Shown: piece by piece, positions 38,718 to 48,972 of the stretch | How positions within the stretch are numbered: the first letter of the stretch is position 1 | Layout: each line of letters starts with the position of its first letter | Source: Nitrosopumilaceae archaeon | GTDB lineage: Archaea > Thermoproteota > Nitrososphaeria > Nitrososphaerales > Nitrosopumilaceae | Direction of reading: 5' to 3' | Length of the DNA: 64,000 nt | Assembly: GCA_965203465.1 (NCBI GenBank) | Contig: CBDBCR010000001.1 | Location: 576,001 to 640,000, forward strand | The notes under the pieces: generated by a model | Told to the model about the DNA's origin: nothing | The model's database searches: none | Seen by the model: the letters and a program-made list of their open reading frames with translations, nothing else | Translations under genes and position numbers: made by a program

Positions 38718-40082
38718 TCAGGCCGCCGCCTCTTGCCGCCCGGTCTTTCCTAGCACGGCGCCCACCCCGATGGCCACGAACGCGATCAGGGGCAGGAACC
38801 TGTACGGCTGGTTGGTCTGGTCGGAAAAGCCGGTCAAAAACGGGGCTATGAGGAGCATCCCCGAGATCATCACCATTATGGAATCGGCGTGCCGCATGCC
38901 CAGGCGCGAGGCCGCCGTCAGGCCCACCAGCAGGGGCATGAGCAGCACCAGCACGAGGCCGTCGAAGCGCATCTGGTAGGCAAACGAGGTGAACCCCTCC
39001 CAGAACTCCGAGGCCGAGAACGCCTCCTGCCTGCCCGTGATGAGGTCGGTGCTGGTGCCCTGCACGACAAAGACCGTCGCCATGATGACGAGCACCATGG
39101 CCGTGCCCACGGCCATGACTATCCTGCGCCTGGCGGGCAGGCCCGAGCGCAGCACGAAATAGACGGACATGGGGAGGAACGCCACGGTCAGCGCCTTTGC
39201 CGGTATGGACAGCAGGTAGAACGCCGGCGCGGCCTGCCACAGCCTGACGACCAGGTATATCGACGTCAGGTACAGGAGCGCCCAAAAGCTGTCGTACGTC
39301 ACGCTCGTATCGTACGTGAGGAATATGCCGCTCTGCATGAGCACGGCGGCCGAGATCAGAGCGGCGAAGCGCTTGCCCGATATCGTGCGCGCGGTCTCAA
39401 AGACCAGCAGGATCAGCGCGATGCTCGAGACGAACGGCAGCACCGCGTAGTTGCCGAACGCCTGCATGGACGCGTATATGAAGGCGTACTTTACGTGCGG
39501 CTCGGTGGACGTCAGGGCCGTCTCCGGAGTCCAGGTCTCCATCCTGGCGAGTATCCCGGCGTAGTCTTCCCACTCCTCGTCCTCGTACAGCTCGCCGTAG
39601 CTGAGCGCCGCGTACGGCACCAGCATGGCCGCAAGGACCGCGTACGAGACGTTTCTGGAGACCTCGAAGCGGAACGGGGCCGCTATCACGCGCGTAATCC
39701 GGTGGGGAAGCATCCCCATGTACTGCATGAACCCTACGCCCAGTATGGCCGCGCCGCCGGCGAGCACGGGCGCGGCCCACGGCCCGAACTCGTAGACGCC
39801 AGGCCCCGTGTAGTCGAGGCCCGGCACGGGCGCCTGGCCAGTCGAGGTCATGGCCGCGGGGAACACCACCGAGATCATGCTGATGCCGGTCACCACGACC
39901 GCGAAGAAAAAGACCGCCGTCGAGGCGCGGTTGTCCCTCTCTGCGGTCCTGCGCGCCTTTTTGTGCCGCCGGACGGGCGCCTCTGCCGGCTCGGGCGCCT
40001 TCGGCTCCGGAACCTTGGGCTCGGCCTTCGGCTCCGCGTCTGCGGGCCCGGATCTGAAATGCCGCCTTTTCCTGCGCGCCAT
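38718..40082 (-). CDS. Polytopic membrane protein, possibly a GT-C-fold glycosyltransferase
   Basis: About 11 TM segments with an acidic DEEWED loop after an early TM; in the glycan cluster. Confidence 0.7.
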   Translation of the reverse strand: MARRKRRHFRSGPADAEPKAEPKVPEPKAPEPAEAPVRRHKKARRTAERDNRASTAVFFFAVVVTGISMISVVFPAAMTSTGQAPVPGLDYTGPGVYEFGPWAAPVLAGGAAILGVGFMQYMGMLPHRITRVIAAPFRFEVSRNVSYAVLAAMLVPYAALSYGELYEDEEWEDYAGILARMETWTPETALTSTEPHVKYAFIYASMQAFGNYAVLPFVSSIALILLVFETARTISGKRFAALISAAVLMQSGIFLTYDTSVTYDSFWALLYLTSIYLVVRLWQAAPAFYLLSIPAKALTVAFLPMSVYFVLRSGLPARRRIVMAVGTAMVLVIMATVFVVQGTSTDLITGRQEAFSASEFWEGFTSFAYQMRFDGLVLVLLMPLLVGLTAASRLGMRHADSIMVMISGMLLIAPFLTGFSDQTNQPYRFLPLIAFVAIGVGAVLGKTGRQEAAA

Positions 40083-40383
40083 GGCGCGGCCCCCGGGGGG
40101 CCGATAATAAAGGATTGTCTGGAGGGCCGGCCGCCGGAGCGCGTGCCGCAAGACCTGTCTCCGGCCAGCAGAGTCCGGCCGACGGACCTCGGATGTTTTA
40201 CGGGCCGAGCCGGTTTCGCGTCGGCCGGCCGACGCAAATTGTGCGCCGCCCCGCCGCAAGCCGGTGCATGCGGGGCGAAAACTCTCGCGGGCCTGCCTTG
40301 GGCGGTTACTTGCTCGAGGTGCCGCCCGGGCCGGACGCCCTCCCCCGATAGGCACTTAAGTGAAACGGCGGCCGCGCGCGCCG

Positions 40384-41397
40384 TTGGACATCCCGCTGAG
40401 CCTCGATCCGAGCGGAATGCACCGGGCATACGACGACTGGCCGCGGCTCGCGCGCGAGGCGTACGAGCAGCGCCCAGAGCCCGCCATGGACTACCGCTTC
40501 GATCACGTGGTGTTCGCCGGCATGGGCGGCTCGGGGGCGCTCGGAGAGATATTCCACTCGCTGCTCTCGCGCTCGCCTGTCCATGTGGACATAGTCAAGG
40601 GGTACCGGCTCCCGTACACCACCGGGCCCGGCTCGCTGGTGGTGGCAACGAGCGTCTCGGGGCAGACGGCCGAGACCATATCGGCGCTGCGCTCGGCGCA
40701 AAAGACCGGGTGCAGGGCGGTCGGGTTTTCGTCCGGCGGCCTGCTGCAGGAGATATGCCGCAGGGACGGCATACCGCACTACCGGATAGGCGAGGTGCAC
40801 TCGCCGCGCGCCTCGCTCGTCTCCTACCTGTATTCCATGATAGGGGCGCTCGGGCCCGTCCTGCAGCTCGGCCCCTCGGACGCAGAAGAATCGCTCGGCC
40901 ACCTGAGCTCGCTGGCGGCCCGCGTATCGTCGTCCAACCGCGACGGCAACCAGTCCCTCGAGCTTGCGTCCTGGCTGTCGGGCACGCCGGTGATACTGTA
41001 CCCGTGGGGCCTGCGCGCCGCGGCCGTCCGGTTCAAAAACTCGCTCCAGGAGAACGCAAAGATGCACGCCATGACCGAGGACATCATAGAGTCGTGCCAC
41101 AACGGCATCGTCGGGTGGGAGTCCGCCTCGGACGCGCGGCCGGTCATGATACGGGGGCACGGCGACGGGCAGACCACGCGCGAGCGCTGGAAGGTGATGT
41201 CGGAGTACTTTGCCAGCCGCTCCGTGGAGTTCCGGGAGGTGTCATCGCCGGCCGGCTCGCTGCTCACAAAGCTGGTCGGCCTCATATACGTGCTGGACTA
41301 CGCGTCGGTGTACCTTGCGCTGCTGCGCGGCGCCGACCCCGCGCCGGTCGAATCCATCGACTACGTAAAGTCACGGATCGGCCCCGGCCAGGCTTGA
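40384..41397 (+). CDS. Bifunctional phosphoglucose/phosphomannose isomerase (SIS domain)
   Basis: AGMGGSG, SVSGQTAET, SSGG, PRAS, QENAK, ESCHN. Confidence 0.88.
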   Translation: MDIPLSLDPSGMHRAYDDWPRLAREAYEQRPEPAMDYRFDHVVFAGMGGSGALGEIFHSLLSRSPVHVDIVKGYRLPYTTGPGSLVVATSVSGQTAETISALRSAQKTGCRAVGFSSGGLLQEICRRDGIPHYRIGEVHSPRASLVSYLYSMIGALGPVLQLGPSDAEESLGHLSSLAARVSSSNRDGNQSLELASWLSGTPVILYPWGLRAAAVRFKNSLQENAKMHAMTEDIIESCHNGIVGWESASDARPVMIRGHGDGQTTRERWKVMSEYFASRSVEFREVSSPAGSLLTKLVGLIYVLDYASVYLALLRGADPAPVESIDYVKSRIGPGQA

Positions 41398-42534
41398 GTA
41401 CATGCGCAGCGCCCTTTCGGAGGCGCGCGCCATGGAGTACTCCGCGGCGAGGCGCCTCGCGCCCTCGGCGCCCATCGCCGCGGCCCGCGCCGGATCCGAG
41501 GCGATCTCGAGCATGGCGCGCGCCCAGGCGCGCGCGTCGCCGCGGGGCGCCACCACGCCGCCGGCGCCTGCCACCGTGGGCAGCGGCTCCGAATCCGAGA
41601 CTATCACGGGCACCGAGCACGAGAACGCGTCGAGTATGGCCAGGCCGAACCCCTCGCAGGAGCTCGGAAAGAGCAGCGCGGCCGAGCCCTTTATGGCCGA
41701 GTACTTTTGCTCGTTGTCCAGGTACCCGGCAAACTCGACGCCCTCGCCGGCCTCGCCGCGGAGCCGGTCCATCTCGGGGCCGCCGCCTATGACGCGCAGC
41801 GTGATATCAGGGTTGCTCCTGCGCGCTATGGCAGCCGCCTTTATTATCACGTCGACGCCCTTGTAGAAGACCAGGCGCCCGACGTACACGAACGAGGCCG
41901 GACCGCCGCCGCGCGCCGCGGCCCGGCGCCCCGGCTCGGGGTCTATGGTGTTGGGGACCACGTGCACCGGCGAGACCGATCCCATCGCCCTTACGTCCCT
42001 CTCGGTGGCCTCGCTTGGCACGTGTATGGCGTCGTGGCCGCGCCGCAGCATGATCTTTTCGAAGCGCGGGGCCAGCGCCGCCGCCAGGCGCGAGACCCCG
42101 CCCTGCCGCCTCCACCTCTGCCAGTAGCAGTCCCCGCACAGCGAAAAGACGTCGTGGACGGAGGTGACGTGCGGGATGCCGGCCATCCTGGATATGGCGG
42201 CGCCCGCCGCCGCCGGGGCGAAGTTGTTGGAGTGTACCACTTGTATCCCTTCCCTCCTCGCGATGGACAGGCCGCGGCGCACCGCGCCGAGCACGTACGA
42301 GGCGTTCTGCGCCATGCCGGTCGGCAGGCCGGCCTCGTAGCCGAGGCGGGCGCCGGCGAATTCGAGCGAGACGCCGGGCAGGTCGGGGTAGCGCTCGCCC
42401 GGGACCCTGCCGCACACCACCCACGCCCTGCCGCCCGATTCGCCTACCATGCGGGCAAGCATCCGCATCACGTGCTCGCCGCCGCCCTTGGAATCGGAAA
42501 AGTACTGCGAGAGCAGCAGGACGCGAACCGTCAC
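41371..42534 (-). CDS. GT4-family glycosyltransferase
   Basis: GGGE, SVHD, YVGRL..YKG, EGFGLAILDA. Confidence 0.9.
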   Translation of the reverse strand: MTVRVLLLSQYFSDSKGGGEHVMRMLARMVGESGGRAWVVCGRVPGERYPDLPGVSLEFAGARLGYEAGLPTGMAQNASYVLGAVRRGLSIARREGIQVVHSNNFAPAAAGAAISRMAGIPHVTSVHDVFSLCGDCYWQRWRRQGGVSRLAAALAPRFEKIMLRRGHDAIHVPSEATERDVRAMGSVSPVHVVPNTIDPEPGRRAAARGGGPASFVYVGRLVFYKGVDVIIKAAAIARRSNPDITLRVIGGGPEMDRLRGEAGEGVEFAGYLDNEQKYSAIKGSAALLFPSSCEGFGLAILDAFSCSVPVIVSDSEPLPTVAGAGGVVAPRGDARAWARAMLEIASDPARAAAMGAEGARRLAAEYSMARASERALRMYSSLAGADP

Positions 42535-43265
42535 CCGCTCACCGCGCTCATGTACGCATCGACCACGTCGGCCGCCGGCCCGCTGGCGGCCACCGTGCCG
42601 CCCTCTATCAGCACCGCCGAATCGCAGTGCTGCCTGACCTGGCCCATGTCGTGCGTGACCAGTATGACCGTCCTGCCCCTCTTGCGGAACCGAGCTATGC
42701 TGTCCAGGCACTTTTTCTGGAACGCCACGTCGCCCACCTGTATGGATTCGTCTATCATGAGTATGTCCGGGTCCACCTGCATGGCCGTGGCGAAGGCCAG
42801 GCGCGAGTACATGCCGGCCGAGAACTTTTTGATCTTGGTGTCCTCGAACCCGCCCAGCTCGGCGTACTCTATGACGTCGGGTATCCTCCCGGATATCTCC
42901 TTTTTGGAAAAGCCCAGCAGCAGGCCGTACTGCACGATGTTGTCCGAGGCGGTCAGCTCGCCCATGAACCCGACGCCCAGGCTAAGGAACGGCGTCAGCG
43001 TGCCGTTGACCCTCACGGCGCCCGAATCGGGCTTGTACACCCCCGAGATTATGCGCAGCAGCGACGTCTTGCCCGCCCCGTTGCGGCCCACGATGCCGAA
43101 CATCTGGCCCTTGGGCACGCTGAACGTCACGTCCTTGAGCACCTCCAGGTCCTCGTACTTTTGGCGCCGGGTGAACATGCTGGTGACCGCCTCGTACACG
43201 GACTCGTGCCTCTCGTGGAATATGCGGAACTTTTTCGAGACGTGCTCGACGGAGACCGCGTCCAT
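42531..43265 (-). CDS. Polysaccharide ABC-2 transporter ATP-binding protein (Wzt-like)
   Basis: GRNGAGKT, FSAGMYSRLAF, DESIQVGD..FQKKC. Confidence 0.93.
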   Translation of the reverse strand: MDAVSVEHVSKKFRIFHERHESVYEAVTSMFTRRQKYEDLEVLKDVTFSVPKGQMFGIVGRNGAGKTSLLRIISGVYKPDSGAVRVNGTLTPFLSLGVGFMGELTASDNIVQYGLLLGFSKKEISGRIPDVIEYAELGGFEDTKIKKFSAGMYSRLAFATAMQVDPDILMIDESIQVGDVAFQKKCLDSIARFRKRGRTVILVTHDMGQVRQHCDSAVLIEGGTVAASGPAADVVDAYMSAVSG

Positions 43266-44018
43266 TCAGAGCATCTCCACTATCCTTGCGCGCATGGCGC
43301 GGAACACCGCGTAGCCGGCGCCGAGCACCGCCAGGGTGGTGCCGACCGCTATGAGGACGGAGCCGGCCTCCGGCACCGAATCGTATATGGCCACGTCGCG
43401 CGCCATCACCATTATCTGGACCATCGGGGTCCACTCCAGCATGCCCCTCATGGCGCCGGGCAGTATGTCCATGGTGTAGAATATGGGGGTAAGGAAGAAC
43501 CCGGCCTGCATGATAACGCGCCAGATGAACTGCACGTCGTTGAACCTGACGTTGAGCACCGAAAGCGGCAGGTTGAGGCCCAGTATCAGGACGAGTTCCA
43601 GGGCCAGTATGGGGAACAGCAGGAGCACGGTGGCCGTCGGCAGAAAGCCGAACGCGGCCATGAATATGCCGAACACGACCATCTCGAGGCACAGCATTAT
43701 GCCGGCGGTCATGGTGGCGCTGACGGCCGGCACCTCCTGCCTGATGAAGACCTGCGTCATGAGGCCAGATTTCGCCACGATGCTCGAGAGGCCCATGTCG
43801 GTGCCCCTCTGCATGGCGTTGTACACGATGAGGCCGAGCAGCAGGTACAGCGGAAAGTGCTCGATGTCGTTGCGGAAGACGTTGGTAAAGACCACGTACA
43901 GCACGCCGAGCATCAGCAGCGGCTCCAGGAACGTCCACATGAAGCCGAGCACCGAGTTGCGGTACTTTATGCGCAGGTCCGAGACGGCGAAGTTGGTTAT
44001 GAGGCGCCTCTGTATCAC
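43266..44018 (-). CDS. Polysaccharide ABC-2 transporter permease (Wzm-like)
   Basis: DLRIKYRNSVLGFMW..LEP, FFLTPIFY; GTG start at 44018. Confidence 0.92.
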   Translation of the reverse strand: MIQRRLITNFAVSDLRIKYRNSVLGFMWTFLEPLLMLGVLYVVFTNVFRNDIEHFPLYLLLGLIVYNAMQRGTDMGLSSIVAKSGLMTQVFIRQEVPAVSATMTAGIMLCLEMVVFGIFMAAFGFLPTATVLLLFPILALELVLILGLNLPLSVLNVRFNDVQFIWRVIMQAGFFLTPIFYTMDILPGAMRGMLEWTPMVQIMVMARDVAIYDSVPEAGSVLIAVGTTLAVLGAGYAVFRAMRARIVEML

Positions 44019-44064
44019 GCCGCGCGCCGGCGCGCGCCTCGTTAAAACCGTATCTTGCCGCTTT

Positions 44065-44132
44065 CGGCTAGCCTGGTGCTCTCTTCCGTGCCCTCTTCCG
44101 GCTAGCCTGGTGCTCTCTTCCGTGCCCTCTTC
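44065..44132. repeat. Perfect 34-bp tandem duplication at the left edge of the island
   Basis: cggctagcctggtgctctcttccgtgccctcttc at 44065 and 44099. Confidence 0.95.
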
Positions 44133-44645
44133 CGGCCTCGCCGCCCCGTGCTCCGTACCTTGCAGGCAGCGCGGCAGAGTGCTCCCCGCGCCCGGGCAGT
44201 CCGCCGGGTCTGCCCCGGGAGTCAGAATGCGGGATTTTGCGGGGTTTTCGGAACCGGTACCAGGCCCACAGCTTCCTGGCCCGCACCGGACCCCCACGAG
44301 GCCGCCTGTCTGCGCGTTGGCCGTCTCCGCCTTTGCCTTTTGGCGCCCTGTCCACCTCGCCTGCGCCTCGCTCATCTTCACGCCGCCCCGTCCAGCATCC
44401 CGCATGTGTTCCTGTCGGCCGAGGCGCCCGAACACACCCGCCTCCGTTTCCACCACGCGCGCTAGGATCCGCCGTTCTGCCCCGCTCTGGCCGCTCCACG
44501 CCCGCCTATGGCGGTGATGCTATTTTTGGGGGTTGCACAATTCCCCCGCGAATAGCCCAAAGCGGCGGATTCCGTCCTTTTGGGGGCTCGGCGGCGGCCC
44601 GATTCTACCCGGGGGCCGTTTCCGGCCCGTCCGGGCCCTTGCAGA

Positions 44646-45452
44646 TTACCCCGCAGCGGCCGTTTCCGCGTCGCGCCGGATCCGGTTGAGCGCGCGCACG
44701 TTCGACGTTGCCGCGAGCAGCACGCCGAACCTCTCCTGCGTCTCCTTTTTCCTGTACCTACAGAGCAGCCGGTGGGCGCGCGTCTCCGCCCCGAATATGC
44801 CCTCGACCATCCTGCGATTCCGGTAGCGCCACAGATCGAACAGGGCCGCGGCCCTGCGGCGGAACCGCTTGCCGCCGTTGCGCCTGTTGCCGCCGTTCTC
44901 CCCGCTCTGATCGATGTTGGGGCGCATGTCCGTGTCGAAGGCGGCCTCGCAGTTCCTGTCCGAATCGTACCCCCTGTAGGCGTGGGACCGCCAGCAGGCG
45001 AAACTGCGCCCCAGTTTCTTGGACTTTTCAAAAAGCGATGGCGGCATGTCGGTGTCGGCCACGCTGCTCGGCGTCATCGCGCACGAGAGGATTATCTGCC
45101 GCTTCAGCACCGCGAAAACGTGCAATTTCAGGTGCGATTTTACGCGCTCTGCGGTCTCTCTGCCGGTCTTTTTGTCCAGTTTTGCCTTGTCTTCGTACCT
45201 GTCGGTCTTCACGCCGGTGCTGTCCGCCGCCGTGTCGACCTCGCTCGCCTCGCCGATCCCGGCCCTTTCCAGGCACGCGTTGGCGATCGCCGTCAGCACC
45301 CTTTCGAGCCACTCCATGTCGAGCGCCGCGTGCGCCCTGAAAATGGTCGTATGGTCGGGAACGAGCCCGATCAGATCCAGGTTCCACGACGCCGCGTTCT
45401 CGGCTTTCTGGTAGAGGTTGAAGTGGTTCATCAGGATGCACACGATGGACAT
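44646..45452 (-). pseudogene. IS5/IS4-type DDE transposase, N-terminally truncated and probably inactive
   Basis: PDHTTIFR, AADSTG, LKLH, Y..R.MVEGIFG; the usual second Asp motif (ADxGYD) reads AYRGYD. Confidence 0.85.
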
Positions 45453-45511
45453 TTCGGCCAGGGGTGCGCTCTTTTCCGGCCTCGGGCTCTTGCGCGCCGG
45501 CCCGCCCACGA

Positions 45512-45994
45512 TCAGCCGCGGGGCCTTTCGAAGACGGCCTCGGTGCCGGCTAGGTGCTCCCGGAGGACTTCGTCGACGTGCAGCACCACGGGGGCGATTT
45601 CCACGCCACACGCGTCCTGGACCTCGACGGCCTTTTTGCAGATCGATCTGAGCGCCCTGCCCCCGTCCTCCATGTCGTGGACCGCCACTACGTGCCACGT
45701 CCCGTCCCGCAGGACGGCGTAGTGGACCCCGACCACGTGATCCAGCGCCTTGAACGCGCCTTCCATGCGCGCGACGACCTCCCCCGCGCGATCCCGCAAT
45801 CCGGCGCCCATCCGGAGCGCCAGTCCCCGCATCTCGGATTCCTGCCGCTCCACCCTCCGCTCCAACTCGCGCACTCTGGCGGCAACGGGCGTTTCCCGGG
45901 TCTGCCGCGCCGGCCCGCCCCCGACGCCGGCATTCCCGGCGGATCCGCGCGCCGCGTTCCCCTCCAACCCGATCCCGAACGCGGCCGCGTCCAT
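45512..45994 (-). CDS. Hypothetical protein (coiled coil plus alpha/beta domain)
   Basis: Protein-like ORF; occupies the place of the missing transposase N-terminus. Confidence 0.6.
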   Translation of the reverse strand: MDAAAFGIGLEGNAARGSAGNAGVGGGPARQTRETPVAARVRELERRVERQESEMRGLALRMGAGLRDRAGEVVARMEGAFKALDHVVGVHYAVLRDGTWHVVAVHDMEDGGRALRSICKKAVEVQDACGVEIAPVVLHVDEVLREHLAGTEAVFERPRG

Positions 45995-46295
45995 GTTTAT
46001 ACCCGGCGTTCGCGGGCGATCCCGGCCAAAGCCCGCGCACGGGTGGGCGTCTCCGGGCGGGGGCCCCCGGTCTGCTCGCCTACGATCTTGGGGTCCTTGG
46101 GCGCCCGCTTGGAGACTGTACCGCAGCGTCTTTTCGCTGATCCATTTGGCGCGCGCGGCAGACCCTCAAACCGGCCCCCAATATTGGCCGTAAAAGAGCG
46201 CCGGCCCGGCCGGTAGCCGATTCTTTCAATTTTCGTACAAGACAGTTTTTCCGCGCCCCAACAACGTATAAAACGTCCACGGGCCGGGGAGCGGC

Positions 46296-46412
46296 ATGAC
46301 CAAAGGCATACTCTCCAAGGACGCGTACCAAAAAGGCGAGGATGTAATTGCGCGTACGTATCCTTCCGTGGAGAAGGCTATCGAAGAGATACCAAAGGCG
46401 CTGTTTGAGTGA
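46296..46412 (+). CDS. Microprotein or truncated gene (38 aa)
   Basis: TATAAAA near 46267 then ATG; MTKGILSKDAYQKGEDVIARTYPSVEKAIEEIPKALFE. Confidence 0.45.
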   Translation: MTKGILSKDAYQKGEDVIARTYPSVEKAIEEIPKALFE

Positions 46413-46586
46413 GGGCATATCCGGCCCAGATTTTTGACGAACCGCTTCAAGCCTGGCGTAGACCGCGCCCACCCGTACGCCCGGCGCGGATCCGGGCAGC
46501 GCGGGACGCGCCGCCCTAGCGACGACGCGTTCCGGCCCCGATCCGCGGCATTTTATCCGATACTGCATCCGAAAAAGAAAGCGGGG

Positions 46587-46685
46587 CTAGTCTTCGCCGA
46601 GCTTTTTCCACTCGTCGTGAGCCCTTTTGGCAAGGGCGTCTCTTACGTCGTCCATTTTCATGGTTCTTTTATCCGGGTTGCCCAT
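46587..46685 (-). CDS. Microprotein (32 aa)
   Basis: MGNPDKRTMKMDDVRDALAKRAHDEWKKLGED, amphipathic helix. Confidence 0.4.
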   Translation of the reverse strand: MGNPDKRTMKMDDVRDALAKRAHDEWKKLGED

Positions 46686-47012
46686 GGCGCTCGGTTGGGG
46701 CAAAGATCCACAAGAGCGTTAAGCGCGGCGCAGGCGCATGGCGTCAGGCGGCCGGATCGGCGGCGCGGGTCGCCCCTCCGGGCGCGGGCCGCGCCCCGAA
46801 CGCGCTTTCCCGCGGGGCAGCGGAAAACGCGTTCCGGGCCGGGGCACGTCCCCCGGACTGCCCGCTACCGGCGCGTCAAGCTCTAATGCCGGCGAGCGGC
46901 GGATGCGGGGTTTTTCCGGCCAACGCGGGAGCCGGCCCGCTCGGAGGGGCCAAATCCCCGCCGAGAGCCAAGCTGCGTTTATTACGCGACGAATCTGCCC
47001 GCCAGTGCGGAA

Positions 47013-47471
47013 ATGGCGACCAAAATGTACAACCGTCTCGCAGACCCCGGCCTGGGGCGCCGGCCGGCCGGGAAAGGCGCCGCGACGGCCGGAAAAGGGC
47101 CGCGCCCGCCGGGCGGCGACGCGGAACCGGAAAGCGGGCCCGATCCGAGGCTTGGCCCGCGCCGCCCCGACCCGCCAGGCTGCGGCTCCGCGGACGAGGT
47201 GCTCAGAAAGGTCGGGATCCTGGTCTCGCGCTTCCGCTTCCCCGAGCAGATAGCCCGGGTCATGGCGCGCGTGGAAGGCGGGGGCACGGTCCGTATCCTG
47301 ATAGTCCACCGGTACGAGAGCCACGGCGAAGCGATCGACGTCGTGCGGGAGGACTTTGGCGCGTTCGACGACGACGTGCCGGGCGCGTACTTTGAGTTCA
47401 CGTACGCCAGATCGGAGGGGTTCGACGCGGGCGATTTCCGCGACTTTGTGGACGTGCCGCGTCTTGGATGA
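47013..47471 (+). CDS. Hypothetical protein (disordered N-terminus plus alpha/beta domain)
   Basis: TTTATTA near 46978 upstream; ordered C-terminal half. Confidence 0.6.
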   Translation: MATKMYNRLADPGLGRRPAGKGAATAGKGPRPPGGDAEPESGPDPRLGPRRPDPPGCGSADEVLRKVGILVSRFRFPEQIARVMARVEGGGTVRILIVHRYESHGEAIDVVREDFGAFDDDVPGAYFEFTYARSEGFDAGDFRDFVDVPRLG

Positions 47472-47989
47472 CGCGCGCTTGGCGCGCAAGAGCCCGCAAC
47501 CGCGGCGCGCACGGGCAGAACGCAAAAGCCCGGGCAGGGAACGGCGCCTTTCCTGCAGGGCCGGCGCGCAGCGGCCGCGGCAGAGCCGCGGGCGGCCAGA
47601 CGGGATCGCGGGCCGCCTTGATCGAAACGCCGCGGGGCGCTCCGGGCGGCGCCGGCCGCCGCGGCCGCCGGTAAAGGAGAGCCGCGATGGTTCGCCGGAA
47701 CGGCTTGTCGTTCCGCCTTTCCGACATGTCGTTCTGCCTGAGCGCTCGCGGGCTAGAAAACCTCGGATGCGCTTCCGCCCGAAAGGCGCGCCGCCCGCCC
47801 GCATCCGGGGGTTTCCTCCGGTCTGGCCGGCGGGCGCGTAGAGTGCGCCCGCGCCCGGAAACCGCCCGAGACGCCGCTAGAGCCCCCCTCAGACGGCCTC
47901 CGGGCGTTTCCCGGGCGCGGCCTCCGGGCCGGCCCGTGAATCCGGCAGGTTTTTATGTGGCCCTGCGTTAGCCTGCGCGGTGCTGGCAA

Positions 47990-48307
47990 ATGGGCTCTGA
48001 CATGGCTTATCTGGGCGATCCAGAGTCCCCGCAGGTAAAAGCGGCAAAAGAGCTGATAGGCAACAACTACGACAAGATACGCGCCGATCTCGCAAGATAC
48101 AGCGCCGATATGAGGTGGGTGGCGGACAATCGCGAGGCTCTGAAGAAGGACTACGGCGACATGTACGTAGCCGTCCTCGATAAAAAAGTCCGCGCCAGCC
48201 ACGCGAACCTTACGAAACTCCTCGAAGAGATCGACGAAAAAGGCATCGACAGAAGAAACGTGCACATAGAGCGCATCTACAAGCAAGATGTGGCTCTGCT
48301 GTTCTAG
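47990..48307 (+). CDS. DUF5678-like protein
   Basis: W...N...L.K.Y...YVAV.D.KV.AS pattern; directly upstream of a retropepsin-like gene. Confidence 0.7.
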   Translation: MGSDMAYLGDPESPQVKAAKELIGNNYDKIRADLARYSADMRWVADNREALKKDYGDMYVAVLDKKVRASHANLTKLLEEIDEKGIDRRNVHIERIYKQDVALLF

Positions 48308-48351
48308 CGCAGTTTGCAAACTCTTATACGGGGGAAACAATCGGAACACAC

Positions 48352-48808
48352 GTGAAAATAGCCACGGAAGTGAATGGCACGTCGATCTGGATCAGCGGCA
48401 CGATTGTCAACCCGTTGATGCGCGAACACAATTCCAGCAAGATACCATTCTTGGTAGACACGGGAGCCGTCCGCACGACCTTGCTACAGGGCGCGGCCAA
48501 AAAAACTCGGAATCGACTTTGCATCGCTAGAAAAACACCCAATCGACATGCTGGGCATAAGCGGACGGCAGGACGTATACGTGATGAAGAACACGCTGCT
48601 GGTGTTTTCAGACGAGCAGACAGGCGAGCTCATCCTGCGGCACATCGACATGAATGTTTTGAAGCCGGATCCGGACAGCGGGGACGAATCCGCCTTTGCG
48701 CTGTTCGGCACGGATCTGCTCAGCGGCTTTCGCTTCGAGTACGACCTGCCCTGCGCTATCTTGGAGACGGATATCTGGCTAGCGGCGCAGGCTCCAGGCC
48801 GGCCTTGA
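48352..48808 (+). pseudogene. Retropepsin-like aspartic protease, frameshifted at an A7 run
   Basis: FLVDTGA in the first frame; removing one A at 48499-48505 gives AKKLGIDFASLEKHPIDMLGISG...LFGTDLL. Confidence 0.85.
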
Positions 48809-48972
48809 GGCGCGCGGCCGCCTCCGACGTACGGGCGAAGCCGGGATCCGCGCTTGGCGTTTAGCCGATCTTGTCCGGCGCGGGCGGGGCGATCCGGCTT
48901 TAAAGACAAAAACAAATGCTAAAATGAGAACCGGGCGGCGTTGATTGCGATGGCCGAAAAGCCGGAAAAAAC

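Noticed and set aside
40121-40343. RNase P or SRP RNA
   Set aside because: Neither the GAGGAAA(G/C)UCC...ACAGAA RNase P signature nor the SRP helix-8 motif is visible on either strand; kept only as an unknown structured element
44065-44132. CRISPR array (34-bp repeat; also the 12-bp and 42-bp repeats)
   Set aside because: Units are directly adjacent with no spacers, and there are no cas genes in the window
44300-44456. Possible second transposase C-terminal relic (VETEAGVFGRL)
   Set aside because: Resemblance too short and degenerate to support
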